The notes under the pieces are model-generated. The model was given only the letters and a program-made list of their open reading frames with translations. It made no database searches and was not told where the DNA came from. A stretch of DNA of 64,000 bases from an uncultured Acidimicrobium sp. (GTDB lineage: Bacteria; Actinomycetota; Acidimicrobiia; Acidimicrobiales; Ilumatobacteraceae), in assembly GCA_964343495.1 (NCBI GenBank), contig CAYFJS010000001.1, positions 4,475-68,474 on the forward strand, given 5' to 3'. Within the stretch, counting starts at the first letter, position 1. The number at the start of each line of letters is the position of its first letter. Positions 36,177 to 46,796 of the stretch are shown one piece after another. The translations under genes and the position numbers were made by a program.

Positions 36177-36842
36177 ATGACCGTGGTGGTTGAGACCCGC
36201 GACTGCGCTTCGCTCACCGACACCGACCTCGACGAATTGGCCAACATGGGTGGCGCATTCGACATCGGTGCGGTCTCCAAGGCCAAGGAAGATTGGGTGC
36301 TCTTCACGAGCGCGCGCATCTCCGGCAAGCTGAACGGGTTCACCTTCTCGACGCTCGAACGCATCGGCGGGACCCCGTGCGTCCTCCTCGGAATGATGAG
36401 CGTGAAGCGAACCGCCAAGCGTGATGCGGTCCTGAAGGGTTTGATGACCGAGGCCTACCACCGCGCGCTGATGGCCTTCCCGGACGAAGACGTCGTCGTC
36501 GGCTCGCGATTCACAACCGTCGATGGACTCGAGGCCTTCAAGTCGCTCACCGACATGATTCCGCGCCCCGGACACCGTGCGGTGGGAGAGGAGCGTGCAT
36601 GGGGCAAGCGCCTTGCGCGTCGCTTCGGCGTCGAGCGGTACTACGACGACCAGTCGTTCGTCGTCAAGTCGCACGGCCATTCGGGATTCCTCGATCACGA
36701 GTCGCTGAAGCCAGGGAAAGCTGCAGCTGACATCGCAGCGCAATTCAAGACGGTCAACGTCTCCAAGGGTGGTGCGCTCATCGTGCACGGCTGGACGATG
36801 GCCGAGTCGCTCGCCAAACTCGGCAAGCTCGTCAAGAAATAG
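36177..36842 (+). CDS. hypothetical protein
   Basis: 221-aa track ORF with protein-like composition, unlike the overlapping Arg-rich antisense ORFs. I recognise no motif. Confidence 0.55.
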   Translation: MTVVVETRDCASLTDTDLDELANMGGAFDIGAVSKAKEDWVLFTSARISGKLNGFTFSTLERIGGTPCVLLGMMSVKRTAKRDAVLKGLMTEAYHRALMAFPDEDVVVGSRFTTVDGLEAFKSLTDMIPRPGHRAVGEERAWGKRLARRFGVERYYDDQSFVVKSHGHSGFLDHESLKPGKAAADIAAQFKTVNVSKGGALIVHGWTMAESLAKLGKLVKK

Positions 36843-36853
36843 ACCGAGGGGCG

Positions 36854-37456
36854 ATGGAATTCGCCGACGTCGTGCGCTCCCGCAGGATGACGCGGGCGTT
36901 CTCAACCGAACCGGTCGACCGCGCAATCCTCGAACAACTCGTCGACCTCGCCTCGCGTGCTCCGTCTGCAGGCAAGTCTCAGGGTTTCACCCTCGTGGCC
37001 TTCGAAGGCGCCGAGACCGCAACATTCTGGGACGTCACCTTGCCGAAGGAGGAACGGTCGACCTTCGCATGGCCGAAACTCCTTGATGCACCGTTCATCG
37101 CACTCGTGTGCGCCGACAGACGCGCCTACCTCGAGCGTTACAGCGAACCCGACAAGGCTCGAAGCGGTCTCGGTGCGTCAGTCGAGGCGTGGCCGGCGCC
37201 GTATTGGACGATCGATGCAGCTTTTTCAACCATGCTGCTGCTCGGTGCCGCGCACGACGTTGGTCTCGGATCGCTCTTCTTCGCGCTCGCGCGAGGCGAG
37301 GAAACGTTGCGCGAGCGATGCGCGATTCCCGAAGAGGTCGAGATCCTCGGTGTCATCGCACTCGGCTGGCCAGTCGGTGACGTGACACGCAAGGGGCGAA
37401 GCGCACGTCGTGCGCGCAGGCCCGTGTCGTCGATCCTGCGATTCAGGAATTGGTAG
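36854..37456 (+). CDS. nitroreductase family protein
   Basis: 200 aa. The N-terminus [35 protein letters not shown] is typical of the nitroreductase fold. Confidence 0.8.
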   Translation: MEFADVVRSRRMTRAFSTEPVDRAILEQLVDLASRAPSAGKSQGFTLVAFEGAETATFWDVTLPKEERSTFAWPKLLDAPFIALVCADRRAYLERYSEPDKARSGLGASVEAWPAPYWTIDAAFSTMLLLGAAHDVGLGSLFFALARGEETLRERCAIPEEVEILGVIALGWPVGDVTRKGRSARRARRPVSSILRFRNW

Positions 37457-39443
37457 TCGAGCCGAGCAGTTGTTTCGCGAGCCCTTCTGGGGTCGTCGCC
37501 GGCAGGAGACATCGATAGTCGCGGCAGACATATGCGACTCCGCTAGATCGGCCCTCCCACAACGGTGAGTCGATGGGTTCTCCCCAGGCGAGCGTGCGAC
37601 CTGGATCCCACGAGCCTCGAAGGACGTCGACGAGATCCGGGCGATTCCCGACGATCACGACTTCGGTCGACTCCTTGAGCATTCGATGCATCCCACCGAG
37701 GAAATTGCCGAACCCACTCGGTGCACTCGGTGCGACGCGACCGAGGAGGCGGGCAATGTCGCGGGAGCGCTCGGTGAGGGATGTGTCACCGAAATGGATG
37801 CCGAGCCTCTGGAATGCGACCATCGCTGTCGAGTTCGCCGATGGGGTCGCGTTGTCCATCAGGTCCTTCTGTCTCGTCACGAGACGTTCGGCGTGCGCAG
37901 CGGTGGTGAACACCCCGCCGAAACGATCGTCCCAATAGGAGGAGAGGAGTTGGTCGGCGGCGTCACGGGCGACGAGGAGATAGCGCGCCATTCCCGTCGC
38001 TTCGTAGAGCGAGGTGAATCCCTCCGCTACCTGGGCGAGATCGTGGGCGAGTGCGACGTGTCGCGCACGCGGGGCGCCATCTTCATGCCAGCTCCTGTGC
38101 CATGCGCCGTCGGCGTCGCGAAGTTCGGTCAGCAGGAAGTCCCCGAGCGCGATTGCGGCGTCCAGCCATCTCTTATTGTCGAGCGCGAACGCGGCCTCGG
38201 AAATCGTGGCGAGCATCATCGCGTTCCATTCAGTGATGACCTTGTCGTCGAGTCCAGGTCGGGGCCTGTTTTGCCGGGCCCGAACGAGCGTCTGTCGTGA
38301 GTGTTCGATGTCGCGTGTGCGCTCGAACTTGCCACGCGCGTGCATGCGATTCGGGATCGAGCGTCCCTCGAAGTTCCCCGTTTCCGTGATGCCGTACCAC
38401 GCACATGCATCCTTTCCAGGTTCGTCACCGAGGACGTCGCGAACTTCGCGAGTGGTCCACGTGTAGAAGAGACCCTCGTGACTGTGGCCATGTTCGTCGA
38501 GTGAATCTGCGTCGAGTGCGCTGAAGAGTCCTCCGCGAGGGTGGCGGAGCTCATCGAGGACGAAGTCGATCGTCTCGGTCGCCACCTGCAGCCAGCGAGG
38601 CTCGCGGCATGCGAGTCCTGCTCGCAGGTAGATGCGCGCGAGGAGGGCCTGGTCGTAGAGCATCTTTTCGAAGTGGGGAACGAGCCACTGGGCGTCCACG
38701 CTGTAGCGAGCGAAACCGCCTCCGAGGTGGTCGTACATGCCACCGCTCGCCATCGCATCGAGCGACACCTCGATGACGCGACGAACCTCGTGATTCTGGT
38801 CGTCGACGAACCGGCGCAGCAGAAAATCGAGATTCATCGTGCTCGGGAACTTCGGTGCACCCCCGAAGCCTCCCCACGTTGGATCGAATGCTCCGATGAG
38901 CGTGGTCGCAGCATCGCCGAGGAATTCTGGATCGACGAGATCGGCGGACGGACCGATGAGAGCAGTCCTGCCAACCGCTTCCATCAGCGCGACGACGTTG
39001 TTGTCGATGTCCGAGCGCTTGTTGGTCCACGCGTCCGTGATCGCGTTCATGAGTTGGAGAAACGTCGGTTTCGGGAAGTATGTGCCTCCGTAGAACGGCT
39101 GTCCGGAGGGCGTGAGGAAGACCGTCATCGGCCAACCTCCGCGGCCAGTCATCGCTTGGACTGCATCCATGTAGATGGCATCGACGTCGGGTCGCTCCTC
39201 GCGGTCGACTTTGACGTTGACGAAGAGTTCGTTCATGACCGAGGCGGTCTCTGCGTCCTCGAAGCACTCATGGGCCATCACATGGCACCAGTGGCAAGCG
39301 GAGTAGCCGACGGACAACAGGACGGGCACATCTCGGCGGGCCGCTTCCGCGAACGCTTCTGATCCCCAGGGGTACCAGTCGACGGGGTTGTCCCTGTGTT
39401 GACGCAGGTACGGCGACGTCTCCGCCGCGAGTCGATTGGTCAC
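37443..39443 (-). CDS. thioredoxin-domain protein (DUF255 / YyaL-type, with six-hairpin glycosidase-like C-terminal domain)
   Basis: Track ORF 37443..39716 trimmed to GTG 39443-39441 ([16 protein letters not shown]), 10 nt after the upstream gene's stop. Matching segments are [51 protein letters not shown] and GGFARYSVD. Confidence 0.85.
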   Translation of the reverse strand: MTNRLAAETSPYLRQHRDNPVDWYPWGSEAFAEAARRDVPVLLSVGYSACHWCHVMAHECFEDAETASVMNELFVNVKVDREERPDVDAIYMDAVQAMTGRGGWPMTVFLTPSGQPFYGGTYFPKPTFLQLMNAITDAWTNKRSDIDNNVVALMEAVGRTALIGPSADLVDPEFLGDAATTLIGAFDPTWGGFGGAPKFPSTMNLDFLLRRFVDDQNHEVRRVIEVSLDAMASGGMYDHLGGGFARYSVDAQWLVPHFEKMLYDQALLARIYLRAGLACREPRWLQVATETIDFVLDELRHPRGGLFSALDADSLDEHGHSHEGLFYTWTTREVRDVLGDEPGKDACAWYGITETGNFEGRSIPNRMHARGKFERTRDIEHSRQTLVRARQNRPRPGLDDKVITEWNAMMLATISEAAFALDNKRWLDAAIALGDFLLTELRDADGAWHRSWHEDGAPRARHVALAHDLAQVAEGFTSLYEATGMARYLLVARDAADQLLSSYWDDRFGGVFTTAAHAERLVTRQKDLMDNATPSANSTAMVAFQRLGIHFGDTSLTERSRDIARLLGRVAPSAPSGFGNFLGGMHRMLKESTEVVIVGNRPDLVDVLRGSWDPGRTLAWGEPIDSPLWEGRSSGVAYVCRDYRCLLPATTPEGLAKQLLGSTTNS

Positions 39444-39453
39444 GGCACCGTGT

Positions 39454-40917
39454 CTAGTTGGTCGACACGTCGAAGGTCGTGGCGAGCGCGGGGAACGGAC
39501 TTTTCGCCGCGATTGACACCTTGATGCGACACGTACCTGGAGCGAATGCAACGACGGTGAGGCTGCGGATCGAGCATGATCCGCTGAGGAGTCGAATCGA
39601 GCGGCTTCCCGCCGATGGGCTGCCGACGAGCGTCGAGATTTTGGCCGGTGCGCCGACGGTGAGTGCAGCGTCCCGGGTCCAGATTCCCACGACGTTGCCG
39701 ATCGTTGATGAGACATTCGATTGACCGTCGACCGTCGATTTCACGCGAAGCGTCTTACGCAGGTCACTAGCCGTCACCTTGTAGGCAACATCGGTTGCGC
39801 CGGCGATTGGCGTGCAGTCGTTCGGTACAGATGCCGACTCGGTGCCGACGCTGGTGCAGCGATACCACTGCACCAAAGTGGGACTCGAGAGAGTGAGAGC
39901 CTTCACCGTCGTTCCAACGCGGGGAAGGCCTTCAATGGACAATGCAGCACTGGACGGGTATCTGGCGTTGAGGATTGCAAATGCCCCAGGAATGTTCAGT
40001 CGTCCGGCTCCATATGTTGAGTCGCGCCCCGGTGCACCGATGTCAACCGCGCTCACGAGCAGGATGTCCCGAACGTCTGCTGGCGTGAGTTGTGGTCGGG
40101 CAGAGAACAACAGCGCGGCTGCGCCACTGACGAACGCGGCAGACATCGACGTTCCGCTCTGCAGGTTGTAGTCACCTTTGGCCGTGGAAAGGATGCGCAC
40201 GCCGGGCGCTGCGATGTCGATGTAATCGCCTCGTTGGGCGAATGCCGGTGATTGGTCATCAGGGTCGATCGACGTGACGGCGATCGTGGCGTCGTAGAAC
40301 GCGGGCCACTTCGGCGAACTCAAGGAGCCGCCATTGCCGGCTGCTGCGATGACCAGCGCTCCTTTCGACGTCGCATAGTCGATTGCCTGGGTGACCGCAG
40401 TGCTTTCGGTCACCCCGCCGAGCGACAGGTTGATGACCCGCGCACCACGATCGGCTGCGAGGCGAATGCCGCGCGCGACGTCGCGCGAATCGCCGGAGCC
40501 GTTCATGTCGAGCACCCGAATGGGAAGTATTCGAGCTGCGGGTGCAACGCCGGCAACACCAAGGGCATTGTCGGCGAGGGCTGCAACGATTCCCGAGACG
40601 TGAGTTCCGTGACCCTCGGTGTCGACATCGGTCGCGTCGGTCTGCTCGATGCCACCCGAGATCGAGATGCCCGGATCAATGTTGGCGTCGAGGTCCGGGT
40701 GTGGCCCGGTGCCGCTGTCGACGATCGCCACGATGACGCCGGCGCCCCGCGTGATCGACCATACGGCCATCGCGCCAGTAGAGGAGAGCCCCCATTGCTG
40801 AGAGTTGTAGGTGTCGTTCGTTGCTGCACTCGCGGGCACGGCGATGCCGAGGGCGACGAGGAAGCCGACGCTCGTTGCGAGGAGACTTCGACGAAAGGTC
40901 GTGCGTGCTTGCGTCAA
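39454..40917 (-). CDS. secreted S8 (subtilisin-like) serine peptidase
   Basis: 487 aa. The catalytic triad motifs are [26 protein letters not shown] and [17 protein letters not shown]. The N-terminal signal is [26 protein letters not shown], with a possible twin-arginine. The C-terminal roughly 150 aa form a beta-rich extension. Confidence 0.9.
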   Translation of the reverse strand: MTQARTTFRRSLLATSVGFLVALGIAVPASAATNDTYNSQQWGLSSTGAMAVWSITRGAGVIVAIVDSGTGPHPDLDANIDPGISISGGIEQTDATDVDTEGHGTHVSGIVAALADNALGVAGVAPAARILPIRVLDMNGSGDSRDVARGIRLAADRGARVINLSLGGVTESTAVTQAIDYATSKGALVIAAAGNGGSLSSPKWPAFYDATIAVTSIDPDDQSPAFAQRGDYIDIAAPGVRILSTAKGDYNLQSGTSMSAAFVSGAAALLFSARPQLTPADVRDILLVSAVDIGAPGRDSTYGAGRLNIPGAFAILNARYPSSAALSIEGLPRVGTTVKALTLSSPTLVQWYRCTSVGTESASVPNDCTPIAGATDVAYKVTASDLRKTLRVKSTVDGQSNVSSTIGNVVGIWTRDAALTVGAPAKISTLVGSPSAGSRSIRLLSGSCSIRSLTVVAFAPGTCRIKVSIAAKSPFPALATTFDVSTN

Positions 40918-40920
40918 CGT

Positions 40921-41688
40921 TCAGACACCCATGGCGTGGAAACCACCGTCGACGTGGACGATCTCGCCCGTCGTCGCGGGGAACCAGTCGGACAACATCG
41001 CCACGCACGATTTCGCGACTGCACTCGAGTCGGTGACGTTCCAGCCGAGCGGCGCTCGATCGCCCCACACGTCTTCGAACGTCGAGAATCCCGGGATTGA
41101 CTTCGCTGCCATCGTCTTGACGGGTCCAGCGGCGATCAGATTGCAGCGGATCTTCTTCGGCCCGAGCTCTTTGGCTAGGTAGCGATTCGTTGCCTCGAGC
41201 GCGGCCTTCGCGACCCCCATCCAGTTGTAGGCAGGCCACGCGACGGTGTTGTCGAAGTCGAGACCGACGAAGGCCCCGCCGTCGCTCATGAGCGGGACGA
41301 AACTCTCGGCGAGGGTCTTGAGCGAGTATGCGGAAATCTCCATCGCTACGGAGACGTCCGACCACTGCGCGGCCATGAAGTCATCCCCGAGGCAAGAAGC
41401 CGGTGCGAAGCCGATCGAATGGAGGACGCCGTCGATCCGACCGAGATGCGTGCGTGCGGCCTCACGGGCTGATGTGATGTGGTCGGCAACGGTGACGTCG
41501 AATTCGACGACCGGTGCGGGGGTGTCCAATTTGCGGGCCGTCCGTTCGGTGATCGAAAGCCCCCGACCAGCACCCGTCAGGAGCACTGTCGCCCCTTCGC
41601 GCTGGGCGAGCTGGGCGACCCCGAAGGCGAGCGATGCCTCCGTCAAGACGCCGGTGACCACGATGTTCTTGCCTGCGAGAATTCCCAT
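40921..41688 (-). CDS. fabI: enoyl-[acyl-carrier-protein] reductase (NADH), InhA/FabI type
   Basis: 255 aa. It is collinear by eye with mycobacterial InhA: GKNIVVTGV, VLHSIGFAP, AYNWMGVAKAALE and LSDWFPATTGEIVHVDGG. Confidence 0.9.
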   Translation of the reverse strand: MGILAGKNIVVTGVLTEASLAFGVAQLAQREGATVLLTGAGRGLSITERTARKLDTPAPVVEFDVTVADHITSAREAARTHLGRIDGVLHSIGFAPASCLGDDFMAAQWSDVSVAMEISAYSLKTLAESFVPLMSDGGAFVGLDFDNTVAWPAYNWMGVAKAALEATNRYLAKELGPKKIRCNLIAAGPVKTMAAKSIPGFSTFEDVWGDRAPLGWNVTDSSAVAKSCVAMLSDWFPATTGEIVHVDGGFHAMGV

Positions 41689-41734
41689 GTCCTTGACGGT
41701 ACTTGCCCGTACGGGTTTGTGTAAGGCTCACGGT

Positions 41735-42430
41735 ATGCGTATTGGCATCATTGGCGGAACCGGACCGGCAGGGAGTGGACTCGCCCTCCGTCTCAGCGTC
41801 GCGGGGTACGAAGTGGTCGTCGGATCGCGCTCGAAGGATCGCGCGGAGGAAAAGATCGCTGAGTTGCTCGCCGCGTGGCCCGATCGTGGTGTGAACTTGG
41901 AGGCCGGCGACAATGCCGACGCCTCTGCATGTGACCTCATCGTTGTGGCGACACCGTGGGACTCGACCGCCACGATCGTGAGCGAACACGCCGCTGCGCT
42001 TCGCGGCAAGATCGTCGTGACGATGGCGAATGCGCTCGTCAAGGTCGGCAAAGAGTTCCATCCACTCGTGCCGCCACGCGGGAGCATCGCCGCTCACGTT
42101 CAGGCGTCGATACCGGCGAGCCGGGTCGTCGCGGCGATGCAGCACCTGCCGGCCAAGGAGCTTGGCAATCTGGACCATCATGTCGACAGCGATGTGCTGA
42201 TCTGTTCCGACTATCCCGAGGCGATCGAAGTGGTGAGCGACATCGTCGCGCACATTCCCGGATGCAGACCGCTGAACACCGGTGCGCTGTCGAATGCACT
42301 CGCACTCGAGGCCTTCACGGCGGTCTTGCTCCAGCTCAACGTTCGCTACAAGACGCGCGTTGCGCCTCGGCTGACCGGGATCCCCGACGTGGATCCCGTG
42401 AGTGGTCGCTCCAACGTGTGGCGGCCGTGA
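41735..42430 (+). CDS. npdG: NADPH-dependent F420 reductase (NpdG-like)
   Basis: Track ORF 41246..42430 trimmed to ATG 41735 (MRIGIIGGTGPAGSGLALRL Rossmann motif). It is 231 aa, the typical length for this family. Confidence 0.75.
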   Translation: MRIGIIGGTGPAGSGLALRLSVAGYEVVVGSRSKDRAEEKIAELLAAWPDRGVNLEAGDNADASACDLIVVATPWDSTATIVSEHAAALRGKIVVTMANALVKVGKEFHPLVPPRGSIAAHVQASIPASRVVAAMQHLPAKELGNLDHHVDSDVLICSDYPEAIEVVSDIVAHIPGCRPLNTGALSNALALEAFTAVLLQLNVRYKTRVAPRLTGIPDVDPVSGRSNVWRP

Positions 42431-43548
42431 AACTTTTCGACACTGCACGTCGCGCCGTCGTCGACTTTTCACCCGGGCCAGAGGTGTTGATGTACACGTG
42501 CGGGATTACCCCGTACGACGCGACGCATCTCGGGCACGCGTTCACGTTCATTTCCTATGACGTGCTGATGCGACGCCTGATCGACATGGGGCACACCGTC
42601 AAGTGCGTGCGCAACGTCACCGACGTCGACGACCCGCTGTTCGCCAAGGCCCGTGAACTCGGCGTCCACTATCTCGATCTCGCAGCCGGTGAGGAGGCGC
42701 GATTCGACGCGGACATGAAGGCGTTGAACGCACTCGAGGTGTACAGCACACCCCGAGCATCCTCGGCGATCTCCGACATCAGGGGATTCATCGGCATGGT
42801 GATGGAACGCGGGTATGCCTATGAGTCCGGTGGCTCGGTGTATTTCGACGTCTCCAAGTTCCCGCAATTCGGCTCGGTCTCGCACTACGACGAGGCGACG
42901 ATGATCGCCTTTGCCAAGGAGCGCGGCGGCAACGTCGAAGACCCGAACAAGCGCAATCCACTCGACTTCGTGTTGTGGCATCCCTCGCTCGTCGATGAAC
43001 CATCCTGGGACACACTGTGGGGTGCCGGTCGTCCCGGCTGGCACATCGAGTGCTCGGCGCTTGCCCTGCGTGAACTCGGGACCACGATTGACCTGCATGG
43101 CGGAGGAAGCGACCTCATCTTTCCGCACCACGAGTGCGAGCGTGCCCAGTCCGAAGCGGCGACCGGCGTTCCGTTTTCCCGTCACTGGATGCACGTCGCG
43201 ATGGTCTTCATGGACGGCCACAAGATGTCCAAGTCGCGCGGAAACCTTGTCTTCGTCGACAAGTTGCGCGCAGAGCACGATCCACGGGCGATTCGCCTCG
43301 GACTCATCGAGCATCACTATCGAATCGAGTGGGAGTGGGACGAAGGATTGATGGCCCGTAACGAACGTCGACTGGAGGCGTGGATGGCGGCAGCGTCGTC
43401 GTCCGACGACTCGCTCCTCGCCGATGTGCGTGCCGCATTGGACGACGACCTCGATTCGCCCCGCGCGGTATCGCTCATCGACGAGGCTGCGGCGCGCGGT
43501 ATCGGAGTTCGCGCGAGCGCGGAGTTGCTCGGAGTGCTGATGCCATGA
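42427..43548 (+). CDS. mshC: cysteine ligase of the class I CysRS fold, most likely mycothiol ligase MshC (no anticodon-binding domain)
   Basis: Track ORF 41956..43548 trimmed to GTG 42427, which overlaps the npdG TGA. GTG 42418 is an alternative start. Motifs are CGITPYDATHLGHA (HIGH), WGAGRPGWHIECS and KMSKSRGN. At about 373 aa it is too short for a full CysRS. Confidence 0.65.
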   Translation: MKLFDTARRAVVDFSPGPEVLMYTCGITPYDATHLGHAFTFISYDVLMRRLIDMGHTVKCVRNVTDVDDPLFAKARELGVHYLDLAAGEEARFDADMKALNALEVYSTPRASSAISDIRGFIGMVMERGYAYESGGSVYFDVSKFPQFGSVSHYDEATMIAFAKERGGNVEDPNKRNPLDFVLWHPSLVDEPSWDTLWGAGRPGWHIECSALALRELGTTIDLHGGGSDLIFPHHECERAQSEAATGVPFSRHWMHVAMVFMDGHKMSKSRGNLVFVDKLRAEHDPRAIRLGLIEHHYRIEWEWDEGLMARNERRLEAWMAAASSSDDSLLADVRAALDDDLDSPRAVSLIDEAAARGIGVRASAELLGVLMP

Positions 43549-44279
43549 ACGCCTCCACGTACGAGGGTGCCACGCAGCTCCAGTCCCGAGCGCGAAAGAT
43601 CGTGCGCCCGATCGCCAACAGGCTGTGGAGGTTCGAACTCGTCGGATTCGATCGGCTGCCGACGACTGGCCCTGCGATTTTGTGCGCGAACCACATCAGT
43701 TTCCTCGACTCTGCGTTCCTCATGATCCAGGTCCCGCGCAACATTTCATTCGTCGGCAAGAGCGAGTACATGGACTCGTGGAAGACGAAGTACTTGTTTC
43801 CTGCGCTCGGGATGATTCCGATCGATCGCTCGGGAGGGGAGAAGTCACAGGAGGCCTTGCAGTCAGCCGAAACTGTGTTGCGGCGCGGAGAGTTGTTCGG
43901 CATTTTCCCGGAGGGCACGCGCAGTCGTGACGGAATGTTGTACAGGGGCAAGACGGGCGCTGCTCGCTTGGCGATGAAGGTGAATTGTCCGATCTTTCCC
44001 GTCGGCATCACCGGGACCGCCGAGATCCAACCCCCCGACGCAAAGTTGCCGAAAGTGGGTGGACGGGTTCGCATCGAGATCGCTCGCCCGATCCTCCCCG
44101 AGCGATACACGTCACGACACGACGACCACCTCGTGTTGCGCGAAATGATCGACGAGGTGATGTTTGAGATTCGTGCCATGACGGGCCAGGAGTACCGCAA
44201 CGTCTATGCGAGTAAGGGAGCGTCGACTTCGGCTCGGCCGATGGAGTCAGCAAATCAAGGGAATTCGGGCGTCTCGTAA
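43545..44279 (+). CDS. plsC: 1-acyl-sn-glycerol-3-phosphate acyltransferase family protein
   Basis: Track ORF trimmed to ATG 43545, which overlaps the upstream TGA. It has the acyltransferase HX4D motif (CANHISFLDS) and FPEGTRSRDG. Confidence 0.85.
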   Translation: MNASTYEGATQLQSRARKIVRPIANRLWRFELVGFDRLPTTGPAILCANHISFLDSAFLMIQVPRNISFVGKSEYMDSWKTKYLFPALGMIPIDRSGGEKSQEALQSAETVLRRGELFGIFPEGTRSRDGMLYRGKTGAARLAMKVNCPIFPVGITGTAEIQPPDAKLPKVGGRVRIEIARPILPERYTSRHDDHLVLREMIDEVMFEIRAMTGQEYRNVYASKGASTSARPMESANQGNSGVS

Positions 44280-44295
44280 ACCTAGAATTGAGCAA

Positions 44296-46284
44296 ATGAG
44301 CGCATCGGCCATCGACGTCACGCTGCCTGACGGCTCCGCTCGCAGCGTTCCCGCATCGTCGACAGCACTCGATCTTGCCCAGTCGATCGGTTCACGCCTC
44401 GCCAAGGCTGCGGTTGCCGCCGTGATCGGGGGCGAGGAACGGGATCTTTCGAGCCCGCTCAACCAGGGTGATCGCGTCGCGATCGTCACTGCCGACTCCG
44501 ACGCAGGACGTCACGTGTTGCGTCACTCGACTGCACACGTTCTGGCCCAGGCCGTCGTCGCACTGTTCCCAGGCGCGAAGTTCACGATCGGCCCGGCGAT
44601 CGAGGACGGTTTCTACTACGACTTCGAATTGCCTGGCGGGAAGACCTTCTCCGACGACGATCTGCAGGCGATCGAGGCCAAGATGCGAGACATCGTCAAG
44701 GCCGACCAGCCGTTCGTTCGTGCGGAGATGAGCGTGAAGGAGGCACTCGCGCTCTTCGCTGACCAGCCGTACAAGTGCGAGATCATCCAGCGCGTGACGT
44801 CCGGGTCGAGTGACGGTGCAGATGCGGGCGAAGTTGGCGGTGGTGACTCCGTCAGCGTGTATCGCAACACGGATGCATTCGTCGACCTGTGTCGTGGCCC
44901 ACACGTTCCTTCCACGGGCCGATTGGGCCATTTCTCCTTGATGAAGGTTGCTGGCGCGTACTGGCGTGGCAATGAAAAGGGTCCCATGTTGCAGCGAATC
45001 TACGGAACTGCGTGGGAGTCGAAGTCTGCGCTTGAGGAGCACCTCACACGACTCGCAGAAGCCGAGAAGCGAGACCATCGCAAACTCGCTGTCGAGATGG
45101 ATTTGTTGTCGTTCCCAGCGGAACTTGGTGGAGGGCTCGCCGTATGGCACCCGAAGGGTGCGATCGTGCGCAAGTTGATGGAGGACTACAGCAGACATCG
45201 CCACCAGACGGGCGGTTACCAATTCGTCTTCACGCCACACCTCGCGAACGCGAACTTGTTCGAGACCTCGGGCCACTTGCATTTCTACAAAGACGGCATG
45301 TACCCCCCGATGGAGATGGACAACGGGACGTACTACCCGAAGCCGATGAACTGCCCGATGCACTGCCTGATCTACCGAGATCGTCAGCGCAGCTACCGCG
45401 AACTACCGCTGCGCTTGTTCGAGCTCGGCACCGTATATCGATACGAACGCGCCGGGACGTTGCACGGTTTGCTTCGGATCCGCGGTTTCACCCAGGACGA
45501 CAGCCACATCTTCTGCGCCGAGGATCAGATGGCGGACGAAATCACGTCCCTGCTCGATTTCGTTTTGTCAGTGTTGCGTCAATTCGGCTTCGAGGACTTC
45601 GAATTCAAGCTCTCCACACGAGATCCGGAGAAGTCCGTCGGCAGCGACGAGATCTGGGAGAAGGCCACCGCGGCGCTCATCGATGCACTGCAGCGACACA
45701 ACGTGGAGTATTCGGTGAAGGAAGGCGACGCCGCCTTCTACGGTCCGAAGATCGACATCGACGTCCGTGACGCGATCGGGCGGAAGTGGCAGCTGAGCAC
45801 GATCCAGTGCGACTTCAACCTGCCGGAGCGATTCGGTCTCGAGTACATCGGTTCGGACAACGCCCGTCACCGACCGATCATGTTGCATCGTGCACTCTTC
45901 GGATCCGTCGAACGATTCTTCGGCGTCTTGCTCGAGCACTACGGTGGCGCGTTCCCGACATGGCTGGCACCGGTGCAAGTGCGTGTGCTGCCGGTGACGA
46001 CCGTGCACGAGCAGTACGCGCAGAAACTCGTAGGCGCGATGCGCAGCGAAGGATTCCGCGTCGACATGGTCGCGGCCGACGAGCAGCTCGGTAAACGGAT
46101 TCGCAGTGCGAAGCTCGAGCGAATCCCGTACGTCCTCGTCGTTGGAGACGACGACGTTGCGAACGGCACCGTCGGGGTGAACCCGCGCGGGGGCGAGGTC
46201 GTGAGGGGCGTCACGTTCGACGCATTCATGGCCGACCTTCGAAGTGAGACGACCGACGCGGTGTCGCAGGGCTCGCTGTCGTGA
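44296..46284 (+). CDS. thrS: threonine--tRNA ligase
   Basis: Track ORF trimmed to ATG 44296 (MSASAIDVTLPDGS, TGS domain). It has the second additional domain, class II core motifs (FRGFTQDDSHIF, YGPKID) and an anticodon domain. Confidence 0.95.
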   Translation: MSASAIDVTLPDGSARSVPASSTALDLAQSIGSRLAKAAVAAVIGGEERDLSSPLNQGDRVAIVTADSDAGRHVLRHSTAHVLAQAVVALFPGAKFTIGPAIEDGFYYDFELPGGKTFSDDDLQAIEAKMRDIVKADQPFVRAEMSVKEALALFADQPYKCEIIQRVTSGSSDGADAGEVGGGDSVSVYRNTDAFVDLCRGPHVPSTGRLGHFSLMKVAGAYWRGNEKGPMLQRIYGTAWESKSALEEHLTRLAEAEKRDHRKLAVEMDLLSFPAELGGGLAVWHPKGAIVRKLMEDYSRHRHQTGGYQFVFTPHLANANLFETSGHLHFYKDGMYPPMEMDNGTYYPKPMNCPMHCLIYRDRQRSYRELPLRLFELGTVYRYERAGTLHGLLRIRGFTQDDSHIFCAEDQMADEITSLLDFVLSVLRQFGFEDFEFKLSTRDPEKSVGSDEIWEKATAALIDALQRHNVEYSVKEGDAAFYGPKIDIDVRDAIGRKWQLSTIQCDFNLPERFGLEYIGSDNARHRPIMLHRALFGSVERFFGVLLEHYGGAFPTWLAPVQVRVLPVTTVHEQYAQKLVGAMRSEGFRVDMVAADEQLGKRIRSAKLERIPYVLVVGDDDVANGTVGVNPRGGEVVRGVTFDAFMADLRSETTDAVSQGSLS

Positions 46285-46796
46285 CCCTCGAGCATCTCTG
46301 GAACGGCTGGCGGGCACAATACGTGCAACGTGATTCCCATGCGCAACGAACCGATGTCTCGGTGTTCACCGAGATTCTGCAGTCCGGCCTGAGCGACGAG
46401 GAATGTTTCATCATCCATCGGGGGGTCGAATGCTTCGTCATCTTGAACGCGTTCCCGTATTCGACCGGCCACATCCTCGTCTTGCCGTATCGCGAAGTGA
46501 GCGACGTCGAAGCCTTGACGCCATCCGAGCATGCGGAACTGTTTTCGCTCGTGACGACGGGCATCCAGGTGCTGAAAGCTGAATACAAGCCGCAGGGAAT
46601 CAACGTCGGAATCAATCTCGGAGCGGTCGCGGGTGGCAGCGTTGCCCAACATCTGCACGTCCATGTCGTTCCCCGTTGGGGAGGGGACACCAACTTCATG
46701 GTCGCGGTCGCGACGACGAAGATCCTCCCTGAGGCACTCGACGTCACCGCATCCCGAGTTCGCACCAGGTGGGCGCAGTTCGCAGGGTCAAAATGA
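46281..46796 (+). CDS. HIT family hydrolase
   Basis: 171 aa. Its GTG start overlaps the thrS TGA. The histidine triad is VAQHLHVHVVPRW. Confidence 0.88.
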   Translation: MTLEHLWNGWRAQYVQRDSHAQRTDVSVFTEILQSGLSDEECFIIHRGVECFVILNAFPYSTGHILVLPYREVSDVEALTPSEHAELFSLVTTGIQVLKAEYKPQGINVGINLGAVAGGSVAQHLHVHVVPRWGGDTNFMVAVATTKILPEALDVTASRVRTRWAQFAGSK

